In this document: positions 59,349 to 64,000 of the stretch, in pieces
How positions within the stretch are numbered: the stretch's first letter is position 1
Layout of the letters: every line of letters starts with the position of its first letter
From: Candidatus Firestonebacteria bacterium RIFOXYD2_FULL_39_29
GTDB taxonomy: Bacteria; Oederibacteriota; D2-FULL-39-29
Reading direction: 5' to 3'
DNA: 64,000 bases
NCBI GenBank assembly: GCA_001778375.1
Contig: MFGV01000018.1
Location: 47,022 to 111,021 of the forward strand
Notes under the pieces: generated by a model
Databases searched by the model: none
Told to the model about the DNA's origin: nothing
What the model saw: the letters and a program-made list of their open reading frames with translations, nothing else
Translations under genes and position numbers: made by a program

Positions 59349-61367
59349 TTACAGCCGCACCGGCATCATGATCATGGGGATTCCCATGTAGTAGAATTTC
59401 CGTTGTATTGCAAACACCGTATAATTGTGGAGCCATCTCGCCATAAATACTTCCTCGGGAAATACCAGCTGGCCTCCGAAGAAAATAGCACCGGGATATT
59501 TTCTAAGTATCTCAGGAGCCGCTCCGGAAACTTCGCTTACGGGGTCAACGCCGGTTAAAGCAACGCCTTCCGCGAATGAACCGGTTGAGCGGATATAATT
59601 AACATATTTATTTACATCCTCTTTTACTTTAATTTTAAGTTTATCAATCTCCTCTACTCCCTTAAATGCGCCGCTATCAACTATACCGACCTGAATAATA
59701 ACGAAATTCTTATACAACCCTTTGAAGATCCGTGAAATATTTAATAATGTGTGCAGGCCTAACCCGTTAAAACCATTCACTAATACTACAGCCGTCTTTC
59801 CGTTTTTAATATATTTCGGAGTGCTTGCCGTTGCTGCAGGTTCAGAACTGTCAACCGTGGGCATTACGGAAAGCACCAGGCTATCCAGGCGGTTCAATAT
59901 ATTTTTCGTATTATTGTAATGCTTTCTTATGAGCAGGGCGATTATCATAAAGCCGGCTGTTATTGTTAAAGTTATCCAGCCTCCCTCATAAAATTTTACG
60001 GTTATGACCGTGACAAGAATTGAAAAAGTAAGGACGAGACCTATACCGTTCAAAGCAAATTTCCTCTTCCACTTTTTTTCAGTTTTTCGTTCTTTCCACC
60101 AGTGCCTGACCATTCCAAGCTGTGAAAGCACAAATGTGATAAAGACATTAATGCTATAAAGAACAACAAGGAGTGTCACAGAACCCTGACTGAAATATAA
60201 GACAAGCAAAGAAGCACCACCCATCAGTAAAATCCCATTTTGTGTAACTAAGCGATCGGAGAGCATTGTAAACCGGGAAGGGAGCCACCTGTCCACAGCC
60301 ATATTCGCAATGACTCTCGGACCGTCTATGAAACCCGCCTGTGCGGCAACAAAAAGTATAGCTGCTTCCGATATGAGAGTGATCAGGAGCAATGTGTACC
60401 CCAGCGTCCCTGTCCCGAATATTTTTCCGAAAAGCACGGCGTTTAATGTCTTATTCGGTTCAGGAGTTACATTATACAGAAGATAAGCCACCAGAAGGCC
60501 GGTAACTACAAGAGCAAGAGAAATTGCCATATAAAGCATGGCTCTTTTTGCCGTTTTTACTTTCGGTTCACGAAGAATTGAAACCCCGTTGCTGACCGCT
60601 TCAATACCCGTATACGTTCCGGCACCCATACTATAGGCCCGAAGCAGGATAACACTGAGGCCAAAGAAACCGAGCTGGCCAAACGAAGTTTTAATATCAG
60701 CTCCCGTATTCACGGCTACTGAAGCAAGGTTTGAGCTGTGAGAGAAAATAGCATAAACTATAACAACAGCATGGGTGATAACAAAAACAAGAAATATCGG
60801 TAAAAGGATAAGTATTGATTCTTTCACTCCACGCAAATTCATAACGGTAATCAATACTATTAAAAAAGCGGCGAACCCCAATTTTAAATATTGCCACTCA
60901 GCAGGAAGAAAACTAAAAATAGCGTCTGCCCCGCTCGCTATCGATATAGTAATGGTCAGAACATAATCGATTATCAGAGCAGAACCTGCAGCCATACCGG
61001 CAAAAGGTGACAAAAGTTTTGAAGCTACTACATATCCCCCGCCGCCTGACGGAAAGAGTTCTACTATCTGCGAATAACTGGCGCTGATTATAGCGATCGT
61101 GATAGCCGAAGCAAGTCCGATAATTACAGCCAGATATACGTGCCCCTGCAAGGCCTTAAAAGCTTCTTCCGGACCATAACAGGCGGAGGAAAGCCCGTCC
61201 GCACCGAGTCCCACCCACGCAAAAAAAGCAATCAGGGCAAGATTATGAAATACGCCCTTTTCTTCGGGGTTCTTAGCTTTACCTATAATAATATTTTTAG
61301 CTTTTCGGAACAACCCGTGATTTTCCGTATCTCTTATGTCATCAAACACTTTTTTCGACATTGTCAT
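59349..61367 (-). CDS. APC-superfamily permease with cytoplasmic C-terminal domain, KimA-like (K+ or amino-acid transporter)
   Basis: 672 aa, with ~12 TM helices followed by a ~170-aa soluble domain. The N-terminus (NLALIAFFAWVGLGADGLSSACYGPEEAF) is typical of the APC/KimA family. RBS AAAGGAAG precedes the start. It is preceded by a structured leader with terminator. Confidence 0.55.
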   Translation of the reverse strand: MTMSKKVFDDIRDTENHGLFRKAKNIIIGKAKNPEEKGVFHNLALIAFFAWVGLGADGLSSACYGPEEAFKALQGHVYLAVIIGLASAITIAIISASYSQIVELFPSGGGGYVVASKLLSPFAGMAAGSALIIDYVLTITISIASGADAIFSFLPAEWQYLKLGFAAFLIVLITVMNLRGVKESILILLPIFLVFVITHAVVIVYAIFSHSSNLASVAVNTGADIKTSFGQLGFFGLSVILLRAYSMGAGTYTGIEAVSNGVSILREPKVKTAKRAMLYMAISLALVVTGLLVAYLLYNVTPEPNKTLNAVLFGKIFGTGTLGYTLLLITLISEAAILFVAAQAGFIDGPRVIANMAVDRWLPSRFTMLSDRLVTQNGILLMGGASLLVLYFSQGSVTLLVVLYSINVFITFVLSQLGMVRHWWKERKTEKKWKRKFALNGIGLVLTFSILVTVITVKFYEGGWITLTITAGFMIIALLIRKHYNNTKNILNRLDSLVLSVMPTVDSSEPAATASTPKYIKNGKTAVVLVNGFNGLGLHTLLNISRIFKGLYKNFVIIQVGIVDSGAFKGVEEIDKLKIKVKEDVNKYVNYIRSTGSFAEGVALTGVDPVSEVSGAAPEILRKYPGAIFFGGQLVFPEEVFMARWLHNYTVFAIQRKFYYMGIPMIMMPVRL

Positions 61368-61386
61368 CTTCCTTTGAGACTTTTTA

Positions 61387-61415
61387 CAAAAAAAAATGTC
61401 AGGGAGAACTCGCCG
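61387..61415 (-). terminator. Rho-independent terminator (riboswitch expression platform) upstream of the KimA-like gene
   Basis: On the minus strand: GTCAGGGA-CGGCGAGTTC-TCCCTGAC followed by TTTTTTTTT. The permease RBS/ATG follows ~20 nt downstream. Confidence 0.6.
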
Positions 61416-61419
61416 TCCC

Positions 61420-61567
61420 TGACGTTGTTCTTCCTCTTTTCATGAGCTTACGAGGTTAGCTGTCGGGCTCGGGCTTGCGCCCTAGAAAACTTTCCATTCG
61501 CCCCAATCCCGTTTCCGGGAACTTCCTGGTTTCCCCGCTTCTGCGCTACATCCGCAGCATTAAGCAT
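61420..61567 (-). ncRNA. Candidate cyclic-di-AMP (ydaO/kimA-type) riboswitch in the 5' leader of the KimA-like transporter
   Basis: Minus-strand RNA ...GCGCAGAAGCGGGGAAACCAGGAAG...CCGGAAACGGGAUUGGGGCGAAUGG...GGGCGCAAGCCCGAGCCCGAC... contains counterparts of ydaO-class blocks (ACGGGGA-RCC, GGGGUGAAUCC-like, ACGCAAAGCCCGGG-like). It is bracketed by a sigma70-like promoter and an intrinsic terminator directly before a KimA-like gene. Confidence 0.4.
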
Positions 61568-61574
61568 GTACTTA

Positions 61575-61603
61575 AATTTAACACCATTGCAAATATTTGT
61601 CAA
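61575..61603 (-). promoter_or_regulatory. Sigma70-like promoter for the riboswitch/transporter transcript
   Basis: Minus strand: TTGACA-aatatttgcaatggtgt-TAAATT (17-bp spacer). Confidence 0.45.
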
Positions 61604-61643
61604 TATGGATTATGGGGTTTGGAATAATGCTTTCTAAGGGGTT

Positions 61644-62555
61644 TTAAAATTTTAACAACAAAGAAAGCTGGTGTGTGTTTCCCAGATCATTGAAAGGAAC
61701 AAAAGCATAGTCGAGCAGGAAACTTTTCCATCCGATACCGAGGCCGGTTGTAAGTCCCGCCAGGGTTCCGAGATCCTTTGCTGTGTCGGTCCTGAAGCCT
61801 GCTTTCGGGCTTATACTGAATTCCCCGAAGACACAGGTATATTCGGCACCAAAGTGCAGATTAGCGGTTGTCTCGACCGGGAAATTAATATCCGCGCCCA
61901 ATAACAAGGCCTTGTCGAAAAGTTTACAACCCAGTCCGATACCGATATTGAACGGCAGATTATCCGCTTCATTTACAAAACTTATCTTCGGCCCCAAATT
62001 TTGCACACAGGCTCCGGCTGTCAGTTCTTCCGTTATTTTATATTTAATACCCGTATCTCCGGCAAAACCAAGAGCATATTTGTTGTCAATGTTCTGGCTT
62101 ATCAACTTCACGCCCCCGCCTATGGATAATTTTTCGTCAAGCCGGAAAGCATAAGCAACGTCAACAACCAGGTCATAAGCGCCAAACAAACCTTCGTAGG
62201 AGGATGTATCGGCACTTCTTCTTTCCAGATCGTTCAAATATAGATAAAGCACATATCCGCCTAAATAATTATTTTTATCCAGGGGCTGGGCATAGCTCAA
62301 CACTTCGTACCTGATATTTTGCAGCCATTCGCTATGCATCGCCATAACCTGGGTTTGCTTAATTTCCACCAAACCCGACGGGTTCCAGTAAAGGGAGTTC
62401 ACGTCATCTGCAAGACCGACAAACACCTCTCCCATACCGATAGGCCGCGCTCCGATCCCAAGCTTAAGGAAAGCCGCTCCGGTCGTCCCGGTCTCCGCAC
62501 CGACCCAGGCCGCGCACAAACAAACCGCGAGTATGTATGCCGCTATTTTCTTCAT
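61644..62555 (-). CDS. PorV/FadL-like outer-membrane beta-barrel protein
   Basis: Signal peptide, then AFLKLGIGARPIGMGEVFVGLADDVNSLYWNPSGL, the same signature as in ORF 18738..20450. It ends in an aromatic residue (F), as outer-membrane barrels typically do. Confidence 0.5.
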   Translation of the reverse strand: MKKIAAYILAVCLCAAWVGAETGTTGAAFLKLGIGARPIGMGEVFVGLADDVNSLYWNPSGLVEIKQTQVMAMHSEWLQNIRYEVLSYAQPLDKNNYLGGYVLYLYLNDLERRSADTSSYEGLFGAYDLVVDVAYAFRLDEKLSIGGGVKLISQNIDNKYALGFAGDTGIKYKITEELTAGACVQNLGPKISFVNEADNLPFNIGIGLGCKLFDKALLLGADINFPVETTANLHFGAEYTCVFGEFSISPKAGFRTDTAKDLGTLAGLTTGLGIGWKSFLLDYAFVPFNDLGNTHQLSLLLKF

Positions 62556-62702
62556 ATCATTCCTTTAAGTCTCCGAATGCCGTTAAACGTTTCACGTTGT
62601 CATGTTACTCACGTTCTATACCAATGTGTTATTATTTATTTTTTTCCTTTCTCCACTTAACTTTCTGTTTTTGCTGTTCTTCCTGTCCTTGCTTTGTTTG
62701 CT

Positions 62703-63983
62703 TCACTTAATGACTGCCATTTTCTTTGTTACCTTCTTTGTCTCTCCTGTTACCTTATCTTTTGCGGTTATTTGATAAATATAGACGCCGCTGGCAATTT
62801 TCTCATTCAGGTTGTTTGTACAGTTCCAGTCATACCTATACACCGGAGATCCTGTCTTATCAATCTCACTGTCTGTGATCGTTCTTATGAGTTCCGCAGC
62901 CAGGTTAAATACCTTTATTTCTGCTTCCATATTTGCATAACCGGAGGTGAACTTAAATGTTGTGACACCGCCGCTTATCGGATTCGGGAAGTTGTAAACC
63001 ATTTCTTCCTGTAACGCCTCTACGGCAAGGTTTATTGTCACCTTTTCCCCTTTATGCACCGTCAGCTGCTTATTTGAAACTTCAATATCCCCGTAAAAAC
63101 CTTTTACGGCATAATTTCCGGAGAGCAAATTGGGTATTTTGAAATTACCGTTTGCATCCGGCTCTATTCTTATCATTTTCCTGCTCCCCTGCCACAATTC
63201 CACCGCCAGTGCCTGACCGCTGATACTCATGGCTTTACCCGGAGCCTTTGCCAGAGCATATTTTTTGGCAAACTGAAGCGGCACTACACCCGAGATCTCA
63301 CCCAGGGAATAGGTGACGGCTATTTGAAAATCCATGTTATTTATTGTTTCTGTTGTCGGCTGGAAGGCGCTGCTTATATAACCTTCCAGGGTCTGAGCCG
63401 AAGCCAAAATTGAATATTCTCCCGCCGTTATCGCGGAAATACGGTACTTTCCGTCTACATCGGTTGTTCCCGAAGCAAGTAGCACCTCGTTTAGTTTCAA
63501 TTCAACACTTACCGCGGCGATCGGCAGATTGTCCGGTGTTGTGACTTTTCCGGCTATCAAATTCATTACCGTGAACTTAGAAGGACTTGTTGCCGTACCG
63601 ACACCGGTTGTTATTTTAATATCATAAATTCCGGCGGGCAGACCCAAAGGAACCACGGCACCGCTTATTACCGTATTTGAAATACCGGCTCCGCTGTAGT
63701 CCATGTTTGTATCGGAAGGCATAGTCGCTATTTTTATTGACTGCACATTAGAAGAACTCCCGCCTCCAAAATACCCTGTTCCGGAAATTGTAATTGTAGT
63801 TGTATAAATATTGTAACCAAGCAGAGGTTCTATCACGGAAATAACCGGAATGGGAGGATTTACGGTAATCACAGGGCTTACACTTAAAGTGTAGACCGAA
63901 CCCTGATCCGCAGCGGTTATTGACGCTGTTCCCGCCGTCATAAATGTTACATTAAACGTCTTCGTTCCTGCGGCTAAGAACAA
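62703..63983 (-). CDS. Secreted Ig-like/CarboxypepD_reg-like multidomain protein with T9SS-type C-terminal sorting domain (N-terminus outside window)
   Basis: The ORF runs from 63983 with no start codon, so it is likely partial. Beta-sandwich segments are present (GKVTTPDNLPIAAVSVELKLNEVLLASGTTDVDGKYRI). C-terminal NFPNPI...SGVYIYQITAKDKVTGETKKVTKKMAVIK matches the Por_Secre_tail-like CTD seen in ORF 20537..22786. Confidence 0.5.
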   Translation of the reverse strand: MFLAAGTKTFNVTFMTAGTASITAADQGSVYTLSVSPVITVNPPIPVISVIEPLLGYNIYTTTITISGTGYFGGGSSSNVQSIKIATMPSDTNMDYSGAGISNTVISGAVVPLGLPAGIYDIKITTGVGTATSPSKFTVMNLIAGKVTTPDNLPIAAVSVELKLNEVLLASGTTDVDGKYRISAITAGEYSILASAQTLEGYISSAFQPTTETINNMDFQIAVTYSLGEISGVVPLQFAKKYALAKAPGKAMSISGQALAVELWQGSRKMIRIEPDANGNFKIPNLLSGNYAVKGFYGDIEVSNKQLTVHKGEKVTINLAVEALQEEMVYNFPNPISGGVTTFKFTSGYANMEAEIKVFNLAAELIRTITDSEIDKTGSPVYRYDWNCTNNLNEKIASGVYIYQITAKDKVTGETKKVTKKMAVIK

Positions 63984-64000
63984 GGGCGCCGGCTCCGTAT

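Noticed and set aside
61420-61567. SRP (4.5S) RNA interpretation of the structured RNA upstream of the permease
   Set aside because: It lacks the invariant domain-IV GGAA tetraloop/GCAGC context. Its promoter-leader-terminator-RBS layout, tightly coupled to a KimA-like gene, fits a cis-acting riboswitch better.

Overview
This is an AT-rich bacterial window in which essentially every credible gene lies on the minus strand. It is dominated by one 28,044-nt gene (22895..50938) encoding a predicted 9,347-aa secreted protein. The lineage is probably an uncultivated FCB-group or Omnitrophota-like organism; that is an inference from T9SS-type C-terminal sorting domains, PorV/FadL-like barrels, a four-helix-bundle gene and the giant repetitive gene itself.

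The giant protein reads, from N to C terminus:
- a signal peptide and a ~690-aa N-terminal domain;
- 56 tandem ~109-aa (327-bp) Ser/Thr/Asn-rich beta-sandwich-like repeats (motif NNQTGDxTWR...YNVDF.D...NYVSVRxYD...DVFYVKKD);
- two copies of a ~1.95-kb supermodule inserted among the repeats, each made of two FN3-like domains plus a ~430-aa domain with eight W-N-G-S-x-W blades;
- a further FN3, two lamin-tail (LTD)-like domains, Ig-like segments, and a C-terminal PQQ-like beta-propeller.

Flanking the giant gene:
- Upstream (higher coordinates): an S24/S26-type peptidase, a two-component pair (PAS histidine kinase plus a hybrid receiver-kinase), and a V4R-like sensor protein. Further upstream is a RiPP-like maturation operon (radical-SAM/SPASM + PqqD-like + HprK-related kinase), translationally coupled to an AbiEi/AbiEii-like toxin-antitoxin pair. 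Beyond that is a KimA-like APC transporter preceded by a candidate c-di-AMP (ydaO-type) riboswitch, then a second PorV-like barrel next to a T9SS-CTD cargo gene.
- Downstream (lower coordinates): a PQQ-propeller cargo with a T9SS-type C-terminal domain; a PorV/FadL-like barrel fused in frame to a four-helix-bundle protein; a DUF2723 (TMEM260-like) membrane protein with TPR repeats; an ABC exporter; a receiver protein; and a complete surface-polysaccharide locus (ExeA-like ATPase, PIG-L deacetylase, WecA, Wza, Wzc, Wzy-like, Wzx, GT-C and GT1 transferases).

Intergenic DNA carries two unannotated repeat families. One is a ~60-bp element (CCGCCYAGGCGGATTTCGCAAAGG-N25-CCTTTGCTCAACTCCC) in six same-orientation copies, three of them tandem in the leader of the giant gene. 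The other is three TIR-flanked hairpin cassettes (MITE-like) plus a solo TIR. Recurrent purine-rich (AAGCAAG/AAGTAGA)n tracts occur at gene junctions.

All domain calls come from motif recognition by eye. No database searches were run, and I found no rRNA, tRNA or CRISPR.
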